The notes beneath the pieces were generated by a model. The model saw only the letters and a list, made by a program, of their open reading frames with translations. It was not told where the DNA came from and searched no databases. 64,000 nucleotides of DNA, taken from contig OZ316899.1 in NCBI GenBank assembly GCA_973895155.1, forward strand, positions 11,934,834 to 11,998,833. The letters run 5' to 3'. This document shows positions 25,207-37,840 of this stretch, piece after piece (position 1 is the first letter of the stretch; each line of letters starts with the position of its first letter). The stretch is from Marsupella aquatica. Its lineage: Eukaryota; Plantae; Marchantiophyta. The position numbers were made by a program, and so were the translations under genes.

Positions 25207-26044
25207 AAACCACTACTCTGCACATCATTACTTACTGTTGATTACATTCATTTGAAGCTCATAAAATATTCATGGCTCTCTTTCACTTCACGCTGAATTG
25301 ATAGCCTTGACATATACCTGGCCTGAATATAGGTTCAAGCTTGGTGCTGGCATAGTCCACATGCCACTCCAAGTCACCCCTGAATGTCTCAACTGTGACA
25401 AAATTAGCCAGAAGTAGCCAGTACATAACGCTCACAAATTGACGTTGAGGCTCCATGGTGCGGATTCAAAGGAGAGAAGCTAACTGGCGAGGGATGACGC
25501 TTAGGGACTGACAGAGGCCATGATCGGACAATATTATGAGTGAAGAGTATGGTTAAGTGCAGGAATAGGTCGTAGATACTTACTGTAGGAGTACAAGGAG
25601 AAAGGAGGAGCAAACACTTGAAACTAAGTAGCTCAGAGGAGGAGGAAAGGAAGGACAAGAAATGGCAACGCTGAAGTGTTGGTTGAGGGATCTGATTGTT
25701 TGTGGACTATGGACTCCTTTAATAATCCTCCCCTACTTCCTCGATCATAATGCATACTCCCAGTGCGATGGTTGTCCAAAATGCACTGGCTAATCGATTT
25801 AATTATTTCCTGGGGACGCACACCATGGAGAGGGAAGAGAGAATTTATCTGACGAGGGAGGATCCTCTGCAAGTCAGACAGCAAAATTCAGTCCACCTGT
25901 GTTTCAAACTAAACTGACCGGCGTGAAGTTTTCAACTGTAAGTTCCATTTGTCCCCATCAATCTCAATCTATAGAGACCTGTCTCTCGCTGCAGATTTCC
26001 TAGAGTGATGTTGCAGTGCAGTCGTCGTGGGGTGATAATGTGCA

Positions 26045-26330
26045 CATCCATGTTCCTCTTGTAGTCATACCTACAAGAGGTTAAATTGGACACAACGCTG
26101 AGAATTTCAGAACTAGGTATTTCTAAGAACTCTAGCTCAAGCAATAAAATAAGACCCCGCTCTTTCCTTCCAAGATTTTGGAATTTATCCTCGCAATGGG
26201 CCCAATCCTTGGCCAGTTGAGCCAGACCAGTAGGAAGCTATCCTACTTCAGTTGGTTTGATTTGGTGTTTTGCTCTGGTCTTGACACTTTTCTCAAGGTG
26301 AATAGGTCATCTTGACTCTTTTGGTATACA
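26045..26330 (-). pseudogene. Decayed trihelix/Myb-SANT-like gene fragment
   Basis: Minus strand gives QLAKDWAHCEDKFQNL and, further on, YDYKRN, resembling the third helix of trihelix domains. Many disruptions. Confidence 0.35.
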
Positions 26331-27391
26331 CAAATTTATGTAAGGCTTTTGTCCTGTACAAGAGCATACTATTTCATCCTACTACTCATTACAGGAAGTC
26401 AGTAATGAGTAAACCTGTAGACATGATGACTAGGACAAAGGAAAGTGGAAGGTACCAAACAAGTCTAAGTATATATTTAAACTGAACAAGCAGGAGCATC
26501 ATACCATCATATCCTTGTCCGAGGATGATTCCTGGTTGAAAACAAAACACTGTTCAAAAAGGAAACCATCAGATTCTCTCTATGGTCTATATTAAAGAGG
26601 ATCTACATTGTCATAAAGCAGTTGTAATCATTATCCGGACAAAATACTACTAAAAGTAGCCTGTTCAGACCTATACCATTGTGATCAGAGATTATTTATC
26701 CCAGAGCGTATCCCATTATGACATCTATTAAAGCAAATAATAACTTGAGGTGGAGAAAATATTACAGATTGAAGGAAGTCAGCAAGTACCTTCAGATTCA
26801 ATGCATTGCAAAAGATCGTACTTCATCAACGGCCTAGTTCATGCATGACACATTTTGAGGGACTGCCTCATAGCCAATTTAGTTCCATTTGAGTAACAAA
26901 CGTAGAGGGGACCGTGAGAACTCGCTATTGGACACAGACAACAGCCAATTTATTTTCTACATATCGTGCATGGTCAGTCCGCTTGAGTTTGGCCTACTAA
27001 ATAACTGCCCCTCATGTCCGGAGTAACATGACAACATAGGTAACAAGAAGTTGACGGAATGCAAGAGGAAGATCTCAGTACTATCCTGAAAATTAATTTG
27101 CTTGTTTAAATTGGATGAGACTAACAACAACTTATTATCCAGTATCCACTTACAGAATAACAACCTACTGCTTTGAAGCATAGGAACATGCTGGCCTTGT
27201 TATGTCGACACATGACTCAAATGCAGAGAGATTGTTTTTTTGTAGAGATCAGTGGCTTTCATTATTCTCTTTGATTGTTGCATGTATGTGGACACATCTC
27301 CATCAAAGCCTCCCTGGAACTCTTTGATAGAAGCATATTGTAGAGTGGACCAGTATGCAAACACACTCAATCTCTACCAGGAAATGCAGGA

Positions 27392-27982
27392 TGTCGTGCG
27401 CATACACATCGCTACATAACATATATCGCTTGTCACACATATCCAAGCATAGTCAGAATCTAACAACACAAACCTAAGAGAATGATCTACAAATGGAACC
27501 CATGTCCATACATGCCCCAAACCCACCTACTTCAATAGTGCAAATCGAACAATGATCGGTGCTAATCCAACAACGATCCAATCCGACGCGATCACACATG
27601 TATGTCAAGCCCAACGCACCTTGTGCTTCAAGGAATCCACATTACATGCACACAACCTGGTCAGCCACACCATAGCCACCAAGCTCATGCTCAAAGGCTC
27701 AACATTGAAAGATGAAGCCTTTGAGCCAACACAAGGGATAACTATCCCTCACACCAACTCAAACTAAACATAGTGCTCATATAGCACACATACAAAACCT
27801 CTATACCTAGATAGTACTTTACTACCACTCTAAATGGTGTGACAGTTGTCATGCGCATACACATCGCTACACAACATACATCGCTTGTCACACATATCCA
27901 ATCATAGTCACAATCTAACGACACAAACCTAAGAGGATGATCTACAAATGGAACCCATGTCCATACATGCCCAAAACCCACA
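27392..27982 (-). repeat. 3' LTR region: 136-bp unit (27847-27982) in tandem with a 453-bp TGTC..GACA unit (27392-27844)
   Basis: 27847-27982 repeats the first ~135 bp of 27392-27844; the PPT abuts 27982. Confidence 0.7.
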
Positions 27983-28157
27983 ATCGCCCCCCTAGTTGGA
28001 AGTGAGGTCCCCTAACTCTAGTTAGCCATGAGTTCTACAAGGTTGATATACACCTTTTTAGGTGTGAATTTCAGGAGGCCGGGTGCAAGTGAGCCTCATC
28101 GATCACCTACCTGCAATCTATATCTTCCACAAGAACACAAATGATAACTAGCTGGCA

Positions 28158-28298
28158 TCACCAGCATTGAGGACATAACCATGATCCACTAGGAATCATG
28201 TGCAAGGGTGGTGTCAAACACGGCATGTGCCATCCTCTAGAACACTGATCACAAATCAACATAGTAGCTACTCCCTGAGCAGACCCACACAACATACA
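28158..28298 (-). pseudogene. PHD finger (C4HC3) at the integrase C-terminus
   Basis: CMLC..MLICDQCSRGWHMPCLTPPL..IPSGSWLCPQC has all eight Zn ligands plus the conserved W. Confidence 0.92.
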
Positions 28299-29471
28299 CT
28301 TCAAGCCAGCATGAACATGTACCAAGCTTGGATCCACAGTACTATCAATGTTTGGAAGATGACATGGCGCACAATTACGCACATGATCCTTCCAAACTAT
28401 ACCATCACGTCCTTCCAACATAAGGACTCCATAAGACAACACTTCACGCACATGTAAGATTGTCCGCCCTGCGGTCACATCAAGCGTCGTTGGTGCTGTC
28501 TGCTACAAATAAACATAATCACCAGGATGAAATCTTCTAATCCTCGTGCGATAACCTCCTCCACAAATAGTAGCATACCACAAAGTATCACAATGTTGGG
28601 CAATAGCAAGGTTGTCAAAGGCCATGGGCATGACTCTCTCAAAAACTCATGCCCTCTCTAAACAAACCTTGACCCAAACATCTGGATCATCCAAATCCAC
28701 AATAGTTGCAACATCACGACGAATAGCTGTTGGCAAATCTGGTTCTCTACCATAGAGCAAGAAATAAGGTGAAAAGGATGCAAGTGATGCTTGTCAACTG
28801 AAATGGTAGCCCATAGCTAACCAAGGTAGTTGGAGATCCCAGTCTCCCAAATGACCAACCTGCAAGCCATACTTACGCAATCCTCTCTTCACAGTTTGTA
28901 CAACTCTCTCTGCCAATCCATCTGCTTCAAGATGATTGCGAGAAGTAGTATGATGATCAATCAGAGCTTGCTCACACAAACCCTCAAAATCTCCATGGGA
29001 TTCCGTGCCCTGATCAGTCAACACCTCAGATGGTGCTCCAAAGTGACTGAGTACTCAATCCAAAAATGTGGTAGCCACTCCTCCACTAGCTTTATCTGGC
29101 AATGCCACTAGTTCAATCCACTTGGAGAAGTGCTCCACCATAACCAAAACATACCGATTATGACGTTGGGTAAGAGGCAATGGACCATCAAAGTCCAAAC
29201 TCCATTGATATCCCAAACCCATGATTGGCAACTGATGCAACTGGGGAGTGGGAGCATTGAACGATGCCCGCGCTCGATCACAAACCACACACTTAGCTAT
29301 CAATTGTTGGACATCAGTGTGCATACCGTGCCACCAATATTGTGTCTGCAGCAAGCTATAAGTGTACTTCACCCCAAAGTGCCCTAACTCCTTGTGTGCA
29401 TGTCGCACCAAATGTACTCGTTGTAACGGTTTTGGTACAACCAACACCTTCCCATCACGTAGTACCCTCAA
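28299..29471 (-). pseudogene. Gypsy integrase (HHCC + DDE core), frameshifted
   Basis: AHKELGHFG...CVVC; WSLDF; VEHFSKW; LTDQG; ADGLAERVVQTVK. Confidence 0.92.
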
Positions 29472-29507
29472 AAGATGGTTTCCTTCCCATCAAAATCTCT
29501 TGGCTCG

Positions 29508-31287
29508 TTATAGAACCCTATCACGCTCCTTAGCATCAACATTGCCACCAATGGAGACAACATGCAAATATTCCAACACTCTCACATCGTTGTGAATATC
29601 TTGTTGTCCAAAAACTACATCACTAACATCCATATCTGAAGACTCATCATCTACTCCATCCAATGAAGTAGAGTCTACAGATCCACTACATACTGGCACC
29701 CAACAAAGGAAGGCAGATGCATGCCATCCTAGCACCATCTCCTTATCTGTCTCATCATGCCATCGACCTCCAGTCTCATCCTCTTGATTGGTACATGGAT
29801 TGCGGCTCAACCCATCCGCATCCAAATTCACTTTTCTAGGTCTATGCACAACCTGAAAATCATACTCTTGCAACAACAATGCCCATTGTGCAAGCTTCCC
29901 TCTAAGCTTGTCATACTCCATTAACCACTTGAGAGGTTGATGATCAGTGATCAAGGTGAACAATTTACTAAACAAATAGCATCTGAAATAGCAACAAAAA
30001 TGTGCCATAGCCCACACTGCCGCCAAACACTCTCCCTCATAAGAGCTGTACTTAGCCTCTACTGAATTGTTGGATCTGTTGGCATACGCCACAACAAACT
30101 CATTCCCCTCATCATCCTTCTGAGTCAACACTGCTCCAATCAGTGTGAAGCTCAAATGGTCGCCCTGAAATGGGTCTTCTCAAAATAGGTGTTGACGTCA
30201 GTCTTTCCTTCAACTCTTGGAAAGCATGCTCCTGGTCGTCTCCCCAAATCCACTCCTGGTCCAATTAAGTGAGTATAGTTAAAGGTTTAGCAAGCTGGCT
30301 AAATCCTTTAACATACCTCCTATAGTAGCTCGCCAATCCCAAGAATGCACAAACTCTGCTCACATCAGTAGGAAGAGGAATCTGTGTAATGGCCTCCACC
30401 TTAGTCTGTTGCACACCCAATCCTCCTGGGTAGATAGTATGGCCCAAATACTCAATCTTCTCTTGAAAGAACTTACACTTGCCGGGATTGAGCTTCAATC
30501 CATGTTCCCTCAATCTCTCAAACACAATCTGCAAGTATCTCTGATGTTCTTCCACAGTAAAACCCTAAACCCTAAACCCAAAATATCATCAATATAACAT
30601 CTGACAAAATCCAAACCTGCAAGGATTCAATCCATGACTCTTTGGAACTCAGCTGGTGCATTCAACCCAAATGATAAGAACAACCACTGATACAAACAAT
30701 CTTTGCCATAAGAATCAATCCCCCAGAATGTTGTCTTGGACCTGTCAGAATGCCTAATTGGCAACTGATGGTACCCCGCCCTGAGGTCCAACAAACTAAA
30801 AATCTTTGCATGCCCCACTGCATCAAAGATCTCCTTCGGTGTGGGCATGGCATATTGATCAGATTTTGCGTGACAATTAATAGGGTGGTAATTACCGCAT
30901 ATTCGCCTATCCATAAAATTGCCATGCATATCCTTCTTGGCTGGCATCACTGTGGCAGATGCATACTCCCCGTATGAAATCTCCACCAAACCAGCTTCCA
31001 ACAAATCTTGAGTTCTACTCCGGATCAATGCCCTCTCCATATCACTATATCGGTATGGTCGTCGAAAGATTGGCGCATCACTAGCCAATTCCATCTAAAT
31101 ACCAGGGCCCTTCAATGTTCCCAAATCCTTCATGCTAAATGCAAAACAATTCCAGTAACTCTTTAAGAATTGATGCATTCGACATCTCTCACCCCTTGTC
31201 AACTTAGGGCCAATTTGTGGCTCCCAACTCTCCATCAAAGCTGTGATGTCTTCCTTTGGGATTGAAGAGATAGTCGGTGGTTGCTAT
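29508..31287 (-). pseudogene. Gypsy reverse transcriptase + RNase H, disrupted
   Basis: LDLRAGYHQ, FGLNAPAEFQR, YIDD, FLGLASYYRRY, GAVLTQ, YSSYEGECLA, TDHQPL, DADGLSR. Confidence 0.93.
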
Positions 31288-32429
31288 TTAGCAACAATAG
31301 CTTTTAACTACATTGCCACCAAAGATGTGGCAAATTACAATACTGCCACTATTTTTAGAGTATTTATAATACTGCCACCCTTTTTGTATCCATGTAACCA
31401 TACAGAGAGGAAGGGTAACCATGGGTCATGTTCCATCCCGCGATGGACACTTGTTGAGTGCTGGTGCATTCCGTTTGAATGTTTCATCCCCCGACTACAA
31501 GCTCACCGTAAACCACGTCAATTTTAAACTACCCTCCAAGTCGACCTTTCAACACAGCCTGGGCAGTATCCTTTGTGCGGGAAAGTTTGTTTGTGCACTC
31601 CAACGTTAGCTGCGCAGTGGAGTTCAAGCAATCTGGGCAGTGGATCGAGTTTGACCACTCTGGGTAGTGGAGTTGAGCGCGAGCAATCTGGGCAGTAGAG
31701 TTTGAGCCATCCGGACTGTGAGCGCGAGTCCCCCCGCCAGGTAAACATGTGCATTACTTTGCTTGTACATTGTGGATGACTTTTTCACAACTTGGTTTCT
31801 CATTTTGTGACTTGAAATCCTACGAAAATTGGTGGTCGTAGGGTTTACATTAGTGTCACATAGCTCAAACGATGCAATCGCCAGTTTGCTCAGTACCGCG
31901 CACATTGCTTTCTTGTTCATTTTATTTTGTGAACTCATTTGCCACGACTCCTTGGACCACACAATAGCTGGTTCATATTCATACTCCCGCCCCCACTCCT
32001 TATAAGTCAATGCTTTGGAGACCTGTCACTCTGACTGGAATCGACCATGACCTTTAAAGCTTTGTTTTCCAGGCGCAACAAAGTTGCCTCTACTCCATCA
32101 ATTATTTACGCAACGGAGCTGCCTCTGCTCCATCGATTATTTGCGCAACGGAGCTGCCTCTGCGGAATTAATTCTTTGTGCAACGGAGCTGCCTCTACGG
32201 AATAAATTTCTGCAATAGACTTCGACAGTCGTGCAACACAGGTTGGATAGCACCTCCATCCAACCATCAATGCAGCATTTTTGGTCTTGAATCCTTGAAT
32301 GATGTAGTTCCTGAATTGTGAGGCTGAGGACTTCAGGTACTCTGCGATGAGACTTGCTCACCCTTGGTACATTGTGGTATTAGTGACTCATGTTCATGTC
32401 ATGTGCACTTTGTACGTAGCACATCCAAA

Positions 32430-33257
32430 ATGGCTGCTGCGTCTTCCAATGTTTGTGGCAAGCTTGCCAAAGTCACAAATTACAACCCACTAAAAGACAC
32501 AGTGGAATCATTGCGTAAACGGATCGATCTTGCCTTCAGGCCTCAATGGGATAGGTATGTAAACTCTTGCATTAGCTTATGCAGCCAGCTTAAATTCATT
32601 GAAGTATTGAACACATTATTCGTGTATGGTGCCTCTGTTTTTCTCTGCAACTGGTTTTCTGTGCAATGTGCACTAAGTTTGAATACTATGGAACTTTTCT
32701 TAACCATTATTTCTCTGTGCTTCTCTTTCAGGTTTCCAGTGGGCAATTCCATAGAATCTTGTTGTTTTACATCACAAGCTATGAAAGATTACATAGCAAA
32801 GTATCACATCTTTGTTGCCAATCCAAAATGGAATTGGAAGCTTGTTCAGTCCACACGGGTTGACATGACCAGGGCCTGGGTACGTCCTACTCCATTTGAG
32901 TTTTGGGCAGTGGAGGAGAGCGACAACATTGGGCGGGCATTCACTTTCCGGTTTGAGGATTGCAAAATTGGCCAACAGCAAAAGATCCAGATTGGAAATC
33001 CAGCCGAGATTTTAGGAGAAGGGGAGGTCTTCAGAGATGGTGACCTTTGCTACTGTTTCCAAGAGGAGCCTGACTGTCTGCTTGTCACTGAATTGTTCTA
33101 CCTGGAGACTATCACTGGCAAGAAAGGTTTTGTTGTGTTTGGCATTCATAAGTGGGTGCCTCAGAATGTTAAAGATTGGAAATCCACTATTTCCAACCTA
33201 CTAGCCATGCATTATTTCCATGAGCAGCCAGGAAGCTTTAAGGTGTACGAGAAGTAG
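32430..33257 (+). CDS. Intact orphan MULE accessory gene, about 216 aa after splicing 32555-32731, convergent with the transposase
   Basis: Open ORF with a Kozak-like AAAATGGC start and a GTATGT...TTTCAG intron of 177 nt; no recognisable domain. Confidence 0.55.
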   Translation: MAAASSNVCGKLAKVTNYNPLKDTVESLRKRIDLAFRPQWDRYVNSCISLCSQLKFIEVLNTLFVYGASVFLCNWFSVQCALSLNTMELFLTIISLCFSFRFPVGNSIESCCFTSQAMKDYIAKYHIFVANPKWNWKLVQSTRVDMTRAWVRPTPFEFWAVEESDNIGRAFTFRFEDCKIGQQQKIQIGNPAEILGEGEVFRDGDLCYCFQEEPDCLLVTELFYLETITGKKGFVVFGIHKWVPQNVKDWKSTISNLLAMHYFHEQPGSFKVYEK

Positions 33258-34139
33258 ATTGTAGCCTACCTTACAGGCTTCGTCATTCTCATACTATAGT
33301 GGTGTTAGAAGAATATCTCTGGCCGCATATATAGCTCAGGTAGTTTGTAGCCGCACAAACATCAGACTTTCGAGGCAGACTTTTGTTCTTACACTTGCTT
33401 TGCTGCCTCCAAGACTATTTTGACTATTGCAATGTACTATGCTTGGTCTTTTTCAATGAAACCCCAAACACTTTTGTTGTTTGTGTACGTATTTACAATG
33501 TTGTTCATATAATGAAAGTGCAAGAGTCTGTTTTTAGAGTTCTGTAATACACAGCACATCCCTGAACAGATCTTTGTGTGCCTTTGTTTTTCCATATGGT
33601 CGACTTTCATTTGCTGCATTGCCTTTGCAATGTAGTTATGCTTAGGTATTGTATGAAAGTTTATGGAATGAAGGCAAGCAAATTGTTCGTTGTTTTGTTT
33701 TCATGTTTAGAGTGATCGTCCAGATCAAAAACTGCCCACACCTTACACATAGGAGTCCATCATCCATCATCAGAGTCAATACAAATAAAGGGTAAGTGTG
33801 AAGTCCCCAGGGTGTACAAAGTAGTGAGATTGGCAAGAATTTTATCATTCATTGTCACATTCATTGCCAAAAGCAAACAACACCAGGGCCACATAAGAAC
33901 CCATGTTCACAGTCACTCTCAACAAAATGTATCTTGCCAGTCCAAAATATGTTTATGACTGTAAGCAAAATCCTTCAGAAAAACTGGCTACAAGGGCACT
34001 AAATGAACCCATTTCGAAAGGGCAAGTTAAAGATGGGCCGCTTTCATTGTCGTCCTCCATGAATGGTGCTGACTGGTTTATATCCACAATGTCATCATTG
34101 TCATCTCCATTGCCAGAATCTGATATGTCTTCAAACTCC

Positions 34140-36400
34140 TCACCACAAGTGTGAGTTCTGTCCTCTCCTGCCCATGTCCAAGTTGATCCTTCTTAAGCTG
34201 GCAAGTTCGCTTGTCATGGCCCCTTTCCTTGCAGAAACCACAGGTCCTGGGCAATCAGACCCCATCCTCCTCTGGAACCTCATCCTTGGTTTCTCAGTTG
34301 GACGTCCTCGCTTCCGCCTCTTCAAAGGTGGACCACACCATGAATCAGGGTGTAGATCATCCTTCAAAATTGCAGGAAGGCTACTACTATACGTCTGTTT
34401 GAATGAATCCATAGAACAAAATGGTGAAACAAAATCGTAATGGCGAAGATGCAATCTGGTAATAGCTCTCCAAGCATGACTACATGGAATGCCCACATCC
34501 TGCCAATCACCACACAAACATTCCTTCAGTGGCTCCAAACTGACCAAGAAATGCCTGCCACTCGAATCTGTAATTCTGACTTCCGTAGGGCTTGATGGGT
34601 CTGCAACAAGTTGAAGACCTTCCTCATGTTGATCCCTTAGTATTGCCATGATGTTCGGAGGAAATGGTGTACTTGGTCAAGTGCAAGCTAGAGGGGTACC
34701 AAAGGAGTCCCCAAGGACTAGCTCAAAAAGGAGAGGGGAAGGACTAGAAATGTCATTAAGATTTAGTTGAGCACACTCCCAAAAAGGTTGGGCACACTTT
34801 CAAACGATTGGGGGCACTGCCAACAATGTTGTGCACACTTCCAAAAAGATTGGGCACACTTCTAGAATTCCCAAACATTTGGACACACTTCCAAACATTT
34901 GGCATGCATGATCTAACCTTTCAATCTCACCAAAACAATCCTGGCCATTCCATGTAACATTTTGGTCTTTTTGTCCTCTAGTGATTGCTTTTACCAAGGA
35001 CCTATGTCCTTTTGGTGGAGAAAATGGAGATCCTTTCAGTACCCCTCTAGCTTGCACTTGACCACTTAAAGACTCTGCAAGCATCCTCTTCTCATAGTAG
35101 TGCTTCATCATGTAATCCCATATCAGATTGGATTGTTTGAAGGCCACTTCTTGTTGCTCAGCCTTCAGTGCTCGATTTGTGCTCTCAGCTTGCTGGGATG
35201 TCTTGTGGCCCCACCTAATAATGACAATGCCAATAACAACATCAAAACAAAACACTGAATTTCTCTTCAAGGAGTTGAATGACTAATGCATCAATGGGTA
35301 GGGTGTATGAAGTATGACCTGGGATAGGGCATAAATGCTCTTGAGTAATGAGATGGATAAGCAGTGTTCACAATGTACTCAAATGCTGATGGGTGCTCAT
35401 GTTCAATGCGGTCTAGCCTCCGCAAGTACTGTCTGATCCTTGTTGGCAGCATACACCAGCCCATCAAATGCTTTCCTTGCTGCCTTGTTGAAGTGGGCTT
35501 GCAAATTTTTTCCCAAGTGCCATGTGCAAAAAGCATGGAATGCTAGTGGGAAGACCTCATCCACAACATTCTGCAGTCCCTTCTCTCTATCTGAAATAAA
35601 AACAGTACAACTACGAGACAATTCTGGGATTGCATCATGCAAGCACTTCAGAAATCTCATCCAAAATTGTTCATTTTCTGACTGAACCATGCAATAAGCC
35701 CGAATCAAAACAGTGTTATTAGCATCTAACACTGTGGTTACCAATAACATCCGAGGATATGCTGACTTGGTGTGAGTGCCATCTAAAGCAACGAGCGGCC
35801 TACAGTGTGGATAAGCCTTTCGAGATGCTGAAGGACACACAAAGAGAGTTTCAAAGGATCCATTTGGTGCCGTGTAGTTTGCCACAACCCCTGGATCCCT
35901 TTGTAAAATGTGGTGACAATGACTAGGAATGAGATGGAAGGACTCCTTCTCATCACCATCTAGTCGGACAAGAGCCTTTTTCTTGGCTGTATGTCCTGTG
36001 TGACATCTGGATGCCAACTAGCCTGGGCAGTGTCCCTCAAAGAGCAAGCTCTGGTTTGTCTGTTTTTAATTAAAATGTCAAAGATCAAAGTAGCCAAGTA
36101 GTCAGATGAATTATGCATTTGCCTAATGTAATAATCTACTGCACAACAAGTATGGTGATCATTCAATTGCATAATGGTAATAGTTTCCGTCTTGGAGCTC
36201 ATAATGACTCAAATGGACCACTGACATTTCTGGGTAGGGTTTTCATGCCACCACATTTTGCATTTCCCAAGAAAACATAGTCTGTCCTTTTTGTAAGTTG
36301 TAATAACCCGTTCTGTTGCCACCCCATGCCTAACAATTGCCATCTTGACATCATCCCAACACTCAAATGTCTCACCTTTCTTTAAAGAAGCAACAACCAT
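34140..36400 (-). pseudogene. MURA-like transposase (MuDR N-terminus, MULE DDE domain, SWIM finger), disrupted
   Basis: GETFECWDDVK; ALDGTH...DANN...FISDREKGL...HAFCTWHL; SWIM CLCGDWQDVGIPCSHA. Confidence 0.9.
34675..35063. mobile_element. 389-bp MITE with 25-bp perfect TIRs and a 4-bp TSD (ACTT), inserted in the MULE transposase
   Basis: GGTCAAGTGCAAGCTAGAGGGGTAC...GTACCCCTCTAGCTTGCACTTGACC; ACTT at 34671-34674 and 35064-35067. Excision restores MLAESLS-TPFPPNIMAIL in frame. Confidence 0.9.
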
Positions 36401-37840
36401 GACTGTAGTATGTTACACCCAAAAAATTTATCCTCTGCATACACACAAAAAAAGGATGTCACAAGTCAGGCCTATATAAACAGATGGGATCAAAGCATCC
36501 ATTTTGGCGTAGTTCCCCCGCCCCCAAAAATATATATATATATATAACAAAAATGCTGAAACAGATGTCCTCAGTGCACAGAGAATATGCTCAAACAGGA
36601 AAGAGAAAAGTTTTGGCTATATATGGATAGGGGTGGGGTTGAGAGCATACCAGATACTAGGCCACGCACTTCAGAGCAAATAATAAACTGATGCCTTGAG
36701 AAATCTGACAGGAAAGATAAAATGCTCAAACATATGTCCTCAGTGTACAGAACATTATCGCAGCAAGGAATCTCCCAACTCAATCTCCAAAGCCAGGGAA
36801 CTGAATTTAAGGGGTACTAAGTTGAGATAGGTACACTAGCAGAGTCAATGTTGAGCCGTGGAAATAAATAAAAACATTTCCAAGTCAACTTTTGTGTGCA
36901 ATAGAGTGTTGGGGTAATGCTTCCGTTCCCACTTCCGCAAAAGACAAAGGCTTCCAATCAGACTAAAGAAGGCCGGAACTGAACTCATGTAGTGTTTGTG
37001 TCGACAATATTAGTTTTGATGTTGGAATGTGAATGTTGCCTACGTACTGCAACACTAAGATTGCCTGTCGAGAAGGGACCTACCAAAGACCTTGCATCAA
37101 TGCCATTATAGTACGGGATAGTTTAATACCTTTGCCTTGAAGACATCCAGGGCATAGCCAATTTTCTCATAACGGCTTCAAATGCAACTGCAGGTATCTG
37201 TGTCCTCACTATGATTTGTCTTCAGCTTGCGATCACTAAACTTCACTCGCCTGAACCACTTCGGCCTGCTTCCTTCCACTAAACACGTGATGAATGTGAA
37301 ATTCAGCTAGTCAGTAGCATTTTTGACAGAGCAAAATGTAGATAATTTTTTTGTCCTCTAGGGTGCGATTGCAAGGCGGCAAGAAGGATCGAAGCATCAT
37401 TACTAAATCCCGGGACTAAAACAGTTGGCGATGACGCTCAGGGCCTGTGCGTAGTGACTTTGCACTCATCCTTCATTCCAACCCGGCCATGAACATTCTG
37501 CCTGCAGCCATGCTTATTCAAAGGCTGCTAGGGTGATTCCCACTGATTTCTATGTTGTGTTGAAATGTCTCGCCAAACTGCAGACTATGGATGAACAACA
37601 GTCCTGCGCAGTCCGGGAGGGAGAGTCTGGCTGAACATTGGACGAAAAACTTCACCATTAACAGACCTGACAGATTATTCAGCCTACGAGGGTGAGACAC
37701 ATCAACCATGGGTTTACTCAAGTAGTCCCAAGTAACCGCATACAAAAGGGTGGCAGTATTATAAATACTCTAAAAATAGTGGCAGTATTGTAATTTGCCA
37801 CATCTTTAGTGGCAATGTAGTTAAAAGCTGTTAGCAACAA

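Larger units (their letters stand above)
31298..37830 (-). mobile_element. Mutator-like element (MULE), 6533 bp, TIRs of about 95 bp, 10-bp TSD TTAGCAACAA
   Basis: TIR TAGCTTTTAACTACATTGCCAC... at 31298 matches the reverse complement ending at 37830; TSD at 31288-31297 and 37831-37840. Confidence 0.93.

Noticed and set aside
25211-25216. CACTAC as a CACTA terminus
   Set aside because: No subterminal repeats or partner end.
24740-27844. One non-autonomous element bounded by the LTRs at 24740 and 27392
   Set aside because: The LTRs are visibly divergent, there is no TSD, and there is no PBS or PPT inside them.
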